Of a stretch of DNA of 64,000 nt, positions 1 to 10,781 are shown one piece after another. A program made the position numbers and the translations under genes. The notes below the pieces were generated by a model. That model searched no databases, was not told the origin of the DNA, and saw nothing but the letters and a program-made list of their open reading frames with translations. How positions within the stretch are numbered: position 1 is the first letter of the stretch; every line of letters begins with the position of its first letter. Source of the stretch: Verrucomicrobiota bacterium (GTDB taxonomy: Bacteria; Verrucomicrobiota; Verrucomicrobiia; Limisphaerales; Palsa-1400); contig JBEKYR010000002.1 in the NCBI GenBank assembly GCA_049510745.1, positions 1 through 64,000 on the forward strand, written 5' to 3'.

Positions 1-1269
1 AGCGCCTCTCCCAAACTGGAGGGCACCTGCGGCACCTTGGCCAGTTCTTCCGGCGGCAGTTCATACATGTTTTTGTCCATCGGCTCGCCCGGATCTATCT
101 TGTTGAGCACCCCGTCCAGTCCCGCCATCATCAGCGCCGTGTAACACAAATACGGGTTGGCCGAGGGGTCCGGCGGCCGATATTCAATCCGCACGGTTTT
201 GGGATTCTCGCTGTAGGTCGGGATGCGGATGCAGGCGCTGCGGTTGCGCGCGCTGTAAGCCAGGTTGACCGGCGCCTCATACCCCGGCACCAGCCGCTTG
301 TAGGAGTTGGTCGTCGGGCTGCACAGGGCGCAGAGCGGCTTGGCGTGCTTGAGGATTCCTCCGATGTAATGGAGCGCCATCGGGCTTAACCCCGCGTATT
401 CCTTGCCGGCAAAGAGCGGCTTGCCTTTCTTCCACAAGCTCTGGTGGGTGTGCATGCCCGAGCCGTTGTCCCCGAAGAGCGGCTTGGGCATGAAGGTGGC
501 CGTCTTGCCGTGCTTGCGCGCCACGTTCTTGATCACATACTTGTAGATCATCATGTTGTCGGCCGTCTTGACCAGCGTGTCAAACCGAAAGTCGATCTCC
601 GCCTGCCCGGCCGTGGCCACCTCGTGGTGCTGCCGCTCGATCTTCAGGCCCAACTGCTCCATCACCAGACACATCTCGGTGCGGATGTCCTGCTGGGTGT
701 CGTTGGGGGCCACCGGGAAGTAACCCTCCTTGTGCCGGATTTTGTAGCCCAGGTTGGGCAGCTCCTCCTTGCCCGAGTTCCAGATCGCCTCCTCGGAATC
801 AATCGAATAAAACGTCCCGTTGGACTTGCTGTCGAACTGCACGTTGTCGAAGATGAAAAATTCCGCCTCCGGCCCGAAGACGGCCGCGTCGGCCAGGCCG
901 GTCGAGTCCAGGTACTTCTCCCCGCGCTGGGCGATGCCCCGCGGATCGCGGGTGTAGGCTTCCTTGGTGCCCGTCTCGGCGATGGTGGTTGTCAGCGACA
1001 GGGTCGGCACGCTGCAAAACGGGTCGATGAAGGCCGTGTCCGGATCGGGCATGGCCAGCATGTCGGAGGCCTCGATGGATTTCCAGCCCCGGATGGAGGA
1101 GCCGTCGAAGCCAATGCCGTCGGTAAAGGATTCCTCGGTCAACTCGGAGATCGGACAACTGAAATGCTGCCAGATGCCGAAGGTATCGACGAATTTCACA
1201 TCGAACATTTTGGCCCCCTCTTTGAGGGCCTTCTCTATTACGCTCTTGGGTGTTCTTGGGTGTGCTCAT
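1..1269 (-). CDS. glnA: Glutamine synthetase type I (runs off the left edge; start region frameshifted by a 10-bp tandem duplication)
   Basis: Manual minus-strand translation gives [79 protein letters not shown] at 1269 is out of frame with the body; first in-frame ATG is at 1208. Confidence 0.95.
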
Positions 1270-1311
1270 GAATTGAATGGTTGGTTTACAGTGATTTCAA
1301 CAGACAAACAG

Positions 1312-1340
1312 TCCCCGCCGGGGAAAACCCCAGCGGGGAA
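1312..1340. other. GC-rich stem-loop between glnB and glnA
   Basis: tccccgc-cggggaaaacccca-gcggggaa inverted repeat immediately after the glnB stop. Confidence 0.5.
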
Positions 1341-1344
1341 AAGC

Positions 1345-1824
<480 letters not shown>

Positions 1825-2133
1825 TTAATTGATGGCGGATTAGGCCTGAAGATTTTTAAGGGCAAAACGTGTAAAATTGTTCTTTGATTGCCCACTGTGA
1901 TTTCGGCAGGTGTTTTGTACAGCATCGGCCGGAAAACCCCTAATCCTACGTTTGTACTAAATTCGAAAATTCCCCGGGCTTCTTGGTCACCCTCTGATCA
2001 CTTAGCCCGGTTTTTTTTGCCCCGATGCGTCCCGCACGGGCGCCGCGTCATTTGCAGGCGCCGGGGAAGCGCTGATTGGACAGACGGCAAATCCCCATCG
2101 CCAATCCGGGGCGCTCGTGCCATGCTCCGGGGC

Positions 2134-3867
2134 ATGAATTTGCTGCCTTTTGACAATTTGTCGGCTTACCGGCGGCGGCGCTTTGTGCCGGAACAGATTG
2201 ACCTTGGGGAGTGGGGCCAGATTGCGCCCCTGTTCGACGCGCTTGAGGCGCAAGCCGAGCAATGCCGGACCGCCGAGGAGTTGGAACGCTGGCTGCTGGA
2301 GGCCGGGGAATTGGCCGCCGCCCTGGACGAGGAGGGGTCCCGGCGTTACATCGCCATGACCTGCCACACCGACAACGCGGAGGCTGAAAAGGCCCACCTC
2401 CACTTTCTCGAACACGTCGAGCCGGAGCTGAAACCGCGGCAGTTCAAGCTGGCGCAGATTTATCTGGGCCATCCGGCGCGGGGGCGGCTGGCGCGGGAGC
2501 GTTATTTTGTGTTCGACAGGAGCGCGCAATGGCAGGTCGAATTGTTCCGGCCGGAAAACGTGCCGCTGGAAACCGAGGAGGCCAAACTTTCGCAGCAGTA
2601 CCAAAAACTGACCGGCTCGCTCACGGTGCGCTTCCAGGGCGAGGAACAAACGCTGGCGCGGATGGGCCGTTACCTGGAGGAGCCCGACCGGGCGGTGCGG
2701 CGGGAGGCGTGGGAATTGACCGCCAACCGCCGGCTGCAAGAAGCGGAAAACATCGAGGGGATATTCGAGCGGCTGCTCCAACTGCGCGAGCAAATTGCCG
2801 CCAACGCCGGCTTTCCCAATTACCGGCAATACGCCTTCCGCGCCCGCGGCCGGTTCGATTACACGCCGGAGGATTGCGTGAAATTTCACGAGGCGATTGA
2901 GGGGGAAGTCATGCCCGCGTTGCGGCGGTTGCAGTCCGAACGGCGCGCGCGCCTGGGCCTGGAGGCGCTGCGCCCGTGGGACCTGGCGGTCGATCCCTTG
3001 AACAAGCCCCCGCTGCGTCCCTTTGAGAAGGTCGAGAGCCTGGTGGCCCACACGCAGGACATTTTCGGCCAGTTGGACGGCCGGATGGCGGAGGATTTCC
3101 GGCTGATGCGCGAAATGCGGCTGCTGGATTTGGACAATCGCAAGGGGAAGGCCCCCGGCGGCTACCAATCGACCCTGGCCGAAGCGCGGCTGCCGTTCAT
3201 TTTCATGAATGCCGTCGGCATCCAGCGCGATGTCGAGACTATTTTACACGAAGCCGGGCACGCCTTCCACGCCCTGGCCACGCGGGGGGAGGATTTGTAC
3301 GCCTATCGGTCGGCGCCGATCGAGTTTTGCGAAGTGGCCTCGATGAGCATGGAATTGCTCGGCAACCAATTCATCGAGAAGTTCTACGCGCCCGGCGACG
3401 CCCGGCGGGCGCGGCGCGATCATTTGGAGGGGATCGTGGAGATTTTCCCGTGGGTTGCGACGGTCGATGCCTTTCAGCATTGGATTTATTCGCATCCCGG
3501 CCACAGTCGGGGCGAACGGCAAAAAGCCTGGCTGGATTTGATGGACCGCTTCGGGGGCGAGGTGGACTGGAGCGGCTGCGAGAAAGCGCGCCTGAACCTG
3601 TGGCACCGGCAGCTCCACATTTTCATCCATCCGTTCTACTACGTGGAATATGGGATTGCGCAACTGGGCGCGCTGCAAGTCTGGGCCAACGCGAAAAAGA
3701 ACAAAGCGCAGGCGTTGGGGGAATATCATCGCGCGCTGGCGCTGGGCGGCTCGCGTCCGCTGCCGGAACTGTTCCAGGCGGCCGGCTGCCGCTTCGATTT
3801 CAGCCGTCAAACCCTCCAGCCGCTGGTGCAACTGGTCCGCGACGAACTGGCGGGTCTGGGCGGGTAG
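2134..3867 (+). CDS. pepF: M3 family oligoendopeptidase F
   Basis: HEAGH zinc motif, RKGKAPGGY, EVASMSME, PFYYVEYGIAQLGALQ. Confidence 0.92.
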   Translation: MNLLPFDNLSAYRRRRFVPEQIDLGEWGQIAPLFDALEAQAEQCRTAEELERWLLEAGELAAALDEEGSRRYIAMTCHTDNAEAEKAHLHFLEHVEPELKPRQFKLAQIYLGHPARGRLARERYFVFDRSAQWQVELFRPENVPLETEEAKLSQQYQKLTGSLTVRFQGEEQTLARMGRYLEEPDRAVRREAWELTANRRLQEAENIEGIFERLLQLREQIAANAGFPNYRQYAFRARGRFDYTPEDCVKFHEAIEGEVMPALRRLQSERRARLGLEALRPWDLAVDPLNKPPLRPFEKVESLVAHTQDIFGQLDGRMAEDFRLMREMRLLDLDNRKGKAPGGYQSTLAEARLPFIFMNAVGIQRDVETILHEAGHAFHALATRGEDLYAYRSAPIEFCEVASMSMELLGNQFIEKFYAPGDARRARRDHLEGIVEIFPWVATVDAFQHWIYSHPGHSRGERQKAWLDLMDRFGGEVDWSGCEKARLNLWHRQLHIFIHPFYYVEYGIAQLGALQVWANAKKNKAQALGEYHRALALGGSRPLPELFQAAGCRFDFSRQTLQPLVQLVRDELAGLGG

Positions 3868-3901
3868 CGAATCAGCACGCCACAGTCAAGAAGAGCGCGG
3901 A

Positions 3902-4171
3902 TCACGCCCGTTTTTTGGATTGCGCCCGTCGTCCCGCGCGGATCATGCGTTCAATCCGGGATTCAGTTTTTGGGGTGATCGGCTCCGGCGGCAAACTGGC
4001 CGCGATTTTGCGCCACTCCTGGCAGGCGACGGCCATTTCCTCGCGCGACAGCGCCCGCAGGCCGGCGCGAATGACATCGCTGGCATTGCCGTAAAGACCG
4101 GAGCGGAGACGCCGGTCAATGGATGTTCTCAGTTCTGGAGTCAACGAGATATTCATCGTTTTCGTTGCCAC
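3902..4171 (-). CDS. ParD-like (CopG/Arc/MetJ ribbon-helix-helix) antitoxin, no adjacent toxin
   Basis: MNISLTPELRTSIDRRLRSGLYGNASDVIRAGLRAL is the typical ParD/CC2985 N-terminus; alternative start at 4156. Confidence 0.8.
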   Translation of the reverse strand: MATKTMNISLTPELRTSIDRRLRSGLYGNASDVIRAGLRALSREEMAVACQEWRKIAASLPPEPITPKTESRIERMIRAGRRAQSKKRA

Positions 4172-4191
4172 AATGGAAGGCTACCGCGCCT

Positions 4192-4236
4192 GCCAAAAAT
4201 TGGCAATTTTTGGCCGTCGACATTTTTGGCCGTCGA
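4192..4236. promoter_or_regulatory. Palindrome plus tandem repeat upstream of the RHH gene (probable operator)
   Basis: GCCAAAAATT-ggc-AATTTTTGGC (4192-4214); ATTTTTGGCCGTCGA at 4206-4220 and 4222-4236. Confidence 0.5.
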
Positions 4237-4299
4237 AAAATCATCAATTTCTGATTTCCCCGCAACCATCAGGCTGACAACGTCTTGCAATGTGCTCGG

Positions 4300-5589
4300 C
4301 TAATTTAACGGCACGCCGCGGCGGATGTAGGTGGGGACGTCGAGGTCTTCGCCGCGGCGGATGGTCGGCTCGCTTTTTTCGAAGCGGCCCTTGAAGACGA
4401 TTTCCAAAGGCAATTCCTTTTGCAGGCGCGAGGACCTCTTGCGCGAACGCCCGGCCTGGCCGCGGAAAAGTTGCTCCTTTTTCTCGTCCGACAGCGCGGG
4501 GGGAGGGGCGATGAAACGGGAGGCGGGCCGCTCTTTGGCGGCGGGATCGAGAAATTCCAACGGGGCGGAGGCGCCGGGGTCGTACGAGGGCGGCACGGCA
4601 AGCAGGGGGGCTTGGGCGTCGGGCTGGCCGGAGGCGATGAGGGTGATGGAGAGCCGGCCGGCGAATTGTTGGTCGATGGCCGCGCCGAAAATGATGTGGG
4701 CGTTTTCGCATTGGCGCTTGAGCGGCTCCATTAATTTGTTGATTTCGCTCATCATCAGGTCCGGCCCGCCGGCGATGCTGATGAGGACCGAATCGGATTC
4801 GGTGAGGACCTGGCCGCCGTCGAGCAAAGGATGGGCCAGGAGTTTTTCCATGGCCTGCTCGGCACGCTTTTCGCCGGAGGCTTCGGCGGTGGCGAACAAA
4901 CTGGCGGCATGGCGTCCGCGGGTGACAGAACAGAGATCGGCGAAATCGACGTTGATCAAACCGGTCTGGGTCAGGAGGCGCCAGATGCCGCGCAGGCCCT
5001 CGGTCAGGAGGCTGTTGCTGATTTTAAACCCTTCCAGGACGCTGGTTTTTTCATCGAGCAATTTGAACAGCTTCTGGTTGGGCAGGCAGATGACGGCGTC
5101 GGCCGCCGCCTTGAGTTGTTGCAGGCCGCTCTGGGCCTGAAGCTGGCGGCGTCCGCCTTCGAATTCAAAGGGCAAGGTGACCAGGGCCAAAACGAGCGCG
5201 CCGCTTTCGCGCGCGACGCGGGCAATGACCGGGGCCGCGCCGGTGCCGGTGCCGCCGCCCAAGCCGGCGAGCAGGAAAATGATGTCGGCCCCGGCGCAGA
5301 AGTCGCGAACTTTTTCCAAATCGTCCTCCGCGGCGGCGCGTCCGAGATCGGGGTCGCCGCCGGCGCCCAAGCCGCGCATGCGGGTGGCGCCGAGGACGAA
5401 TTTGGCCGGGGCGGGGCAGGCGTCCAGGGACTGGGAATCGGTGTTGATGGCCAGAAAGTCCACCTCGGCGAAGGCGGCATGGGAGGCGAAGCCGGCGGCG
5501 TTGCAGCCGGCGCCGCCGATGCCAAAGACCCTGAGGGAAAGTTTCTTCCTGATGGCCGGCTGGCCGGGGATTTCAAGCGGGGTGGTCAT
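4300..5589 (-). CDS. ftsZ: Cell division protein FtsZ
   Basis: GIGGAGCNA, GGGTGTG, INVDFAD motifs; C-terminal GEDLDVPTYIRR peptide. Confidence 0.97.
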   Translation of the reverse strand: MTTPLEIPGQPAIRKKLSLRVFGIGGAGCNAAGFASHAAFAEVDFLAINTDSQSLDACPAPAKFVLGATRMRGLGAGGDPDLGRAAAEDDLEKVRDFCAGADIIFLLAGLGGGTGTGAAPVIARVARESGALVLALVTLPFEFEGGRRQLQAQSGLQQLKAAADAVICLPNQKLFKLLDEKTSVLEGFKISNSLLTEGLRGIWRLLTQTGLINVDFADLCSVTRGRHAASLFATAEASGEKRAEQAMEKLLAHPLLDGGQVLTESDSVLISIAGGPDLMMSEINKLMEPLKRQCENAHIIFGAAIDQQFAGRLSITLIASGQPDAQAPLLAVPPSYDPGASAPLEFLDPAAKERPASRFIAPPPALSDEKKEQLFRGQAGRSRKRSSRLQKELPLEIVFKGRFEKSEPTIRRGEDLDVPTYIRRGVPLN

Positions 5590-5592
5590 GGA

Positions 5593-6810
5593 TCACCTTT
5601 TGAAGATTTCGGCAAACGTCTTTTTCAGGCCGTCGGCAAAGCCGTTGGGCGACTTGCGCTTCTGCTGCAAGGAGCCGAATTTGACCAGGCCGATGGCGGT
5701 GGCGAACTCCGGCTGGTCGAGGGCGGATTTGAGGCCGCTGATGGAGTTGGTCTTGCCCAGGAAGGCGGGCAATTCAAAGACAGTCGCGGCCAGTTCGCGC
5801 ACGCCGGCAATCCGCGCCCCGCCGCCGCAGAGGAAGACGCCGGCGCGCAGGCGGTCGAGCAGACCCAGGTGGGAAAGCTCGGACTCGATCAGCTCGAAGG
5901 TTTCCTCCAGGCGCAGCACCATGATGCGGCGGAGGTGTTCGAGATTGATGATCTTGGCCGGCAAGCCCAGGGCGCCGGGGGAGGAGAGGGTCTGGCCTTT
6001 GAGGGAGGATTCGAGCAGGGCGGAGCCGTGCTCGATCTTCAATTGTTCGGCGCGGCTCAGCGGCACCTTCAATCCGTAGGCCAGATCGTTGGAAATGTGG
6101 TCGCCGCCCACCGCCAGGACGCCGGTGTGTTTGATGATCCCCTCGGCATAGACGGCGTAATTGGTGGTGCCGCCGCCGAGGTCGATGACGAGCGATCCGA
6201 GTTCCTTTTGCTCGTTGGAGAGGAGGGCGAGGGCGGAGGCCAGCCCTGTAAAGACGATTTCATCGACTTCCAGTTGGAGGCCCTTGACCACGGCGATGGA
6301 ATTCTTGAGGCGATCGACGTGCCCATGCACGACGTGGACATCCACCTCGACGCGGGCGCCGTACATGCCGACCGGATTGAGGATGCCGCTCTGGCCATCG
6401 ACATGAAAATGCTGGCGGATGGCGTGGACGACGGTGTGGTCGGCGGGAAGATTGATCGCCTTGGCGTTCTTGATCACATCCTGCACGTCCTCGGCGGCGA
6501 TTTCCCGGTCGGCGGAGACGACGGGGTGGACGCCGTGGTTGTTGAAACCGCGGAGGTGGTTTCCGGTGACGCCCAGATAGACGCTGCGAATTTCGACATT
6601 GGCCATTTGCTCGGCCTCGACGATGGCGTTGCGGACGTCTTCCTCCGCCAGGGCGGCGTCGGCGATCTCGCCTTTGCGGACGCCGCGGGAGCGGGCCTGG
6701 CCGACGCCAATGAGGTTCAAGGCGTTGGCGGCGTTAATTTCGCCGGCAACGACGCAGATTTTGGAGGTGCCGATTTCCAGGCCGACGATGATGGAGGAGG
6801 AATCAAACAT
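5593..6810 (-). CDS. ftsA: Cell division protein FtsA
   Basis: VGLEIGTSKICVV, VIDLGGGTT, GGDHISNDLA. Confidence 0.96.
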   Translation of the reverse strand: MFDSSSIIVGLEIGTSKICVVAGEINAANALNLIGVGQARSRGVRKGEIADAALAEEDVRNAIVEAEQMANVEIRSVYLGVTGNHLRGFNNHGVHPVVSADREIAAEDVQDVIKNAKAINLPADHTVVHAIRQHFHVDGQSGILNPVGMYGARVEVDVHVVHGHVDRLKNSIAVVKGLQLEVDEIVFTGLASALALLSNEQKELGSLVIDLGGGTTNYAVYAEGIIKHTGVLAVGGDHISNDLAYGLKVPLSRAEQLKIEHGSALLESSLKGQTLSSPGALGLPAKIINLEHLRRIMVLRLEETFELIESELSHLGLLDRLRAGVFLCGGGARIAGVRELAATVFELPAFLGKTNSISGLKSALDQPEFATAIGLVKFGSLQQKRKSPNGFADGLKKTFAEIFKR

Positions 6811-7768
6811 GTTTCCTTTTGGGGCGGGAAGGTTTGAGGGCATGGGGCGGCACCGGGGGCAGGGAGGCGGCGGCGACCCAGCGCACGGGCAGATTATTGG
6901 AGATGGAGAGGTCCAGCCAGGCGATGGCCTTGCCCCATTTCTGGTATTGATCGTAGATCAACCGCCAGCGGCGCAACTGGGTGGCAAAATTGTTGAACGA
7001 AAACGAAATCTCGGCCCCCTGCGTGGTGGTGACCTGCAAAACCTCCGGCACGGTGAGATTGATCCGCTCCAGTTCCACCAAGCCGGTCATGGGCGAATGA
7101 TCGAACTCGCACAACAGCCGGAGGGCGGCGCGGATTTGCGGCGCCTCGGCCGGCCGGCCCGGCAGCACGTCGGCGGCCTGGACGCCGACGAGGATGGGCA
7201 GGCGCTGGTTGACGGGCGGAGGCGCGGTGCGCCAGCGCGGGTCCAGCGGTTTCATGGTGTAACCGTCTTCGTCGAAGTCATAGACCGCCTGCTCCAGTTT
7301 GCCGCCCCGGCCGGCGGCGGTGACGATGGTTTGGGCGATTGGCTCGCGCTCGGTGACCTGGAGCCTGAGGGTGTGGGGCAAAACGCGCTCGACGGCGACA
7401 GATTGAATGAACGGCTGCAACTCCAGATCGCGTTTAACCCGCATCAAATCCAGCGCCATGAGGTTTTCGCCCGTCCTCACCATGGCCCAGCGGCGAATGG
7501 CCTCGGCTGTGAGCACCCCGTCGGTTTGGACATCAATTTCCCGGATGGCAAAGGCGTCGTTCTTGTAGATCAGGCTGTCCAGCAGCCACTGTTCACCGCG
7601 CCAGAGCACCAAGCCGATCACCCCCAGCGCGAAGACCACGCCCAGGCCGATGCCGGCGATGCGGAAACGCGCGGCGCGGGTCTGGCCGGCGCGCAATCTC
7701 ACGTCCAGCAATTCTTCCCGCTCGGCGAAGCGGCGGTTTTTCGGTTTTCGCTGGAGCCAGTGGAACAT
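6803..7768 (-). CDS. ftsQ: Cell division protein FtsQ/DivIB
   Basis: Single TM segment, POTRA-like region, VERVLPHTLRLQVTEREP; position between ddl and ftsA. Confidence 0.88.
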   Translation of the reverse strand: MFHWLQRKPKNRRFAEREELLDVRLRAGQTRAARFRIAGIGLGVVFALGVIGLVLWRGEQWLLDSLIYKNDAFAIREIDVQTDGVLTAEAIRRWAMVRTGENLMALDLMRVKRDLELQPFIQSVAVERVLPHTLRLQVTEREPIAQTIVTAAGRGGKLEQAVYDFDEDGYTMKPLDPRWRTAPPPVNQRLPILVGVQAADVLPGRPAEAPQIRAALRLLCEFDHSPMTGLVELERINLTVPEVLQVTTTQGAEISFSFNNFATQLRRWRLIYDQYQKWGKAIAWLDLSISNNLPVRWVAAASLPPVPPHALKPSRPKRKHV

Positions 7769-7769
7769 G

Positions 7770-8684
7770 TTATTTTTTCGGCGAACGTTCGAGCGCCAGA
7801 TCAATCATCCGCTGGCACAATGGCGCGTAACCCAGCCCCGCCGCGCGGGCGGCTTCCGGGAGAATGCTCAATTCGGTCATGCCCGGCAGGGTGTTGACCT
7901 CGAGCATGACCGGCTGGCCGTTGGGCCGCACCATGACATCGACCCGCGCGTAATCGCGCCCGCCGACAGCGTGGAACGCGCCGAGAGCGGCGGCCTGGAT
8001 GCGCGCGGTGGTGGCCGCATCGAAGTCCGCCGGGCAGAAATGCTCCGCCGCGCCGGGGGTGTATTTGTTGGCGTAAGTAAAGAAGCCTTGCTTGACGCGA
8101 ACCTCGGCCACCGGCAGCGCCTGGCCGGCCAGGATGCCGACGGTGGCTTCGCGGCCCACGATTTTTTCCTCCATCAATACTTCCGAATCGAAGCGCAACG
8201 CCTCGGCCAGAGCGCCCGGCCATTGCCCGATTTCATCGACCATTTGCAGGCCGACGCTGGAGCCTTGGCGGACGGGTTTGAGCACCACCGGCGGACTCCA
8301 GCCGGCGGGCCAGGGGGCCGCGGCCGAGGAAAACACCTCGAAGCGCGCGGTCGGAATGCCGGCGGCGAGGCAGCGCTTTTTGGTCAACACTTTGTCGAAC
8401 GCCACCCGGCTGGCTTCCGGGCCGCACCCGGTGTAGGGCACGCTCAGTTTCTCCAATTGCTCCTGCACGGTGCCGTCCTCGCCGTAAGAACCGTGCAGGG
8501 CGAGGAAGACGACATCGGTGCGCGGCGGCAGTTGCCAGACGGTGCTTTGCGGATCGAGTTGAGAAACGGTGTGGCCAAGGGAAGCCAGCGCTTTGGCCAC
8601 CGCCGCGCCGGAGCGCAACGACACTTCGCGCTCGGCCGACGGCCCGCCCAGCATGACGGTAACGTGGAGGGGGCGAGGATTCAT
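7770..8684 (-). CDS. ddl: D-alanine--D-alanine ligase
   Basis: GGPSAEREVSLRSG, ALHGSYGEDG, LEVNTLPGMT. Confidence 0.96.
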   Translation of the reverse strand: MNPRPLHVTVMLGGPSAEREVSLRSGAAVAKALASLGHTVSQLDPQSTVWQLPPRTDVVFLALHGSYGEDGTVQEQLEKLSVPYTGCGPEASRVAFDKVLTKKRCLAAGIPTARFEVFSSAAAPWPAGWSPPVVLKPVRQGSSVGLQMVDEIGQWPGALAEALRFDSEVLMEEKIVGREATVGILAGQALPVAEVRVKQGFFTYANKYTPGAAEHFCPADFDAATTARIQAAALGAFHAVGGRDYARVDVMVRPNGQPVMLEVNTLPGMTELSILPEAARAAGLGYAPLCQRMIDLALERSPKK

Positions 8685-9595
8685 TGGCCGATGATCTCCA
8701 CTTCTTCGCGCAGTTCGACGCCCCGCCGCTCCCTGGCCTGCGCCTTGATGAAATCGATCAACTCCAGGACATCGGCGGCCTTGGCCGAGCCGTCGTTGAC
8801 AATGAAATTGCCATGCACCGGGGAGACGACCGCTCCGCCGCGGCGCGTGCCTTTCAAGCCCAGTTCGTCAATCAATTGGCCGGCGGAAAGGGCAGGGGAG
8901 GGGTTTTTGAAAATGCAGCCGGCGCTCGGTTCCTTGGGTTGCGATTTCCAGCGGATTTCGTTGAACTCCCGCGCGCGCCTGGCGATGGCCTCTTTTGAGT
9001 CGCGGCGCCCGTGAAAGGTGGCGGCCAGCGCGATATTCGTTCGAAAGAGCGGGCAGGAGCGGTATTCGACGGGGACCTGGGCGACGGAGCGTTCCTTCAC
9101 TTTGCCCGCCTCATCCATGAAGCGCACCTGGGTGACGACGGCAAAAGTCGCGCTGCCCATCGCGCCGGCGTTCATGCGCAAGGCCCCGCCCACGCTGCCC
9201 GGGATGCCCTCCAGGAATTCCAGGCCGCCCAGCCCCAAAGTGCGCGCTTTGGCGGCCACCGCTTTGAGCTTCACGCCCGCCCCGCAACGCAGATAGGCGC
9301 CATCGACTTCGATGCGGGAGAAATTCGGATGAGCCAGGCAAATGACCACGCCCCGCACGCCGCCGTCGCGGATCAGTAAATTGGAGCCGCGCCCCAGCAC
9401 CAGGAATGGAACCCGCCCCGCGCGACAGAATTGCAGGACCCGCGCCAGGTCCTTTTCCGACGCCGGCTCGACATACACGTCGGCGCAACCGCCCACGCGC
9501 AACGTGGTCCGGTTGGCCAGCGGCTCCGCTTGGCGCACCACGCAACGCGGCAGGCGCGCCTTGAGCACAGCGAAAATTGTGTCGGGATCGGTCAT
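8681..9595 (-). CDS. murB: UDP-N-acetylenolpyruvoylglucosamine reductase
   Basis: TTLRVGG, GRGSNLL, GIPGSVGGALRMNAGA, PSAGCIFKNP, HGNFIVN. Confidence 0.96.
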   Translation of the reverse strand: MTDPDTIFAVLKARLPRCVVRQAEPLANRTTLRVGGCADVYVEPASEKDLARVLQFCRAGRVPFLVLGRGSNLLIRDGGVRGVVICLAHPNFSRIEVDGAYLRCGAGVKLKAVAAKARTLGLGGLEFLEGIPGSVGGALRMNAGAMGSATFAVVTQVRFMDEAGKVKERSVAQVPVEYRSCPLFRTNIALAATFHGRRDSKEAIARRAREFNEIRWKSQPKEPSAGCIFKNPSPALSAGQLIDELGLKGTRRGGAVVSPVHGNFIVNDGSAKAADVLELIDFIKAQARERRGVELREEVEIIGQ

Positions 9596-9599
9596 CGTT

Positions 9600-10781
9600 T
9601 CAACAGCGCAACTCCTTCACGTTGTGGGCCTTGAGCTTCAGTTCGGCGGCGCGGGAATCACCCGCCTCCGGGTTCCAATGCAGAATCCTCTCCGCCATTT
9701 CCGCCGCGGCTGTGGGCCTGTGCCAGGCGGTCAAGGCCTGCCGCATCGCCGCGCGCTTCGCGGCGTCGCGCAGCAGGTCCAGGATTTCATCGGCCAACTG
9801 GCCCGGCGTGGTCGTGTCTTGTTGCAGCAACCGCGCCGCGCCGCTTTGGGCCAGCGCGCGGGCGTTGTAATACTGGTGATCGTCCGCCGCAGTCGGATAG
9901 GGAATCAGCACCGCCGGCAACTGCCGCGCGGCCAGTTCGGCCAGGGACGACGCCCCCGCCCGGCTCACGGCCACGTCGGCCGCCGCCAAGGCCACGCCCA
10001 TGTCGTCAAAAAAGCCGTGGACCTTGGCCCGCGCGTGGTGGGCCTGGTAGGCGGCGCGGACCCGCTCGAAATCGTCCGGGCCGGTCAGGTGAAAGAACTG
10101 CAAATCGGGCGCGGCTTGCCGCAATGGCGGAACGGACCGCAAAACCAGGTCATTGACCTTCCGCGCGCCCTGGCTGCCGCCCATGACCAACAGGACGGGT
10201 GACTCCGGCGCCAGTCCCAGCGCCGCCCGCGTCTCCGCGGCGGTCAGCGGTTGGAGAATCTCCGGTCGGACCGGCATGCCCGCCACTTCAACCTGCCGGG
10301 CGCGCAATCGTTGCGCCGCGGCGGGAAAATAAACAAACGCGCCGTCCACCCACGGGGCCAGCCAGCGATTGGCCCGGCCGGGAATGCTGTTGGATTCGTG
10401 CAAAAACGTCCGCGCGCGGCTCCGTTTGCCCGCCAGCACCGGCGGCGCGCTGGTGAAGCCGCCCATGGCCAGCACCAAGGCGGGGGGCTGACGCCGGAAA
10501 TGGCGGCGCGCCAGCCGATACGATTGCCAGAATCCCCGGGCGAAACCGAAAAACCCGCCGCGGCTCCATCCGACGGCCGGCAGTTGGACAATCTCCATTC
10601 CCGTGACCGAGCGGACGGCTTGTTGATCGACCTCTTTGCGCGAGACCAGCAATGTGACGGCGCACCCGCGCTGGCGCAATTCCCCGGCGACCGCCAGTCC
10701 GGGAAAGAGATGACCGCCCGTGCCGCCGCAGGCGATGGCAGCGGAGGACGGCGGGACGCCGGGTTGGGGAAAATCAGGCAT
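9600..10781 (-). CDS. murG: Lipid I N-acetylglucosamine transferase
   Basis: GGTGGHLFPG, HESNSIPGRANR, GGSQGA, SRAGASS, DHQYYNA. Confidence 0.96.
   Translation of the reverse strand: MPDFPQPGVPPSSAAIACGGTGGHLFPGLAVAGELRQRGCAVTLLVSRKEVDQQAVRSVTGMEIVQLPAVGWSRGGFFGFARGFWQSYRLARRHFRRQPPALVLAMGGFTSAPPVLAGKRSRARTFLHESNSIPGRANRWLAPWVDGAFVYFPAAAQRLRARQVEVAGMPVRPEILQPLTAAETRAALGLAPESPVLLVMGGSQGARKVNDLVLRSVPPLRQAAPDLQFFHLTGPDDFERVRAAYQAHHARAKVHGFFDDMGVALAAADVAVSRAGASSLAELAARQLPAVLIPYPTAADDHQYYNARALAQSGAARLLQQDTTTPGQLADEILDLLRDAAKRAAMRQALTAWHRPTAAAEMAERILHWNPEAGDSRAAELKLKAHNVKELRC

Noticed and set aside
799..1269. 156-aa ORF as an independent gene
   Set aside because: It is the out-of-frame read of glnA produced by the 10-bp duplication.
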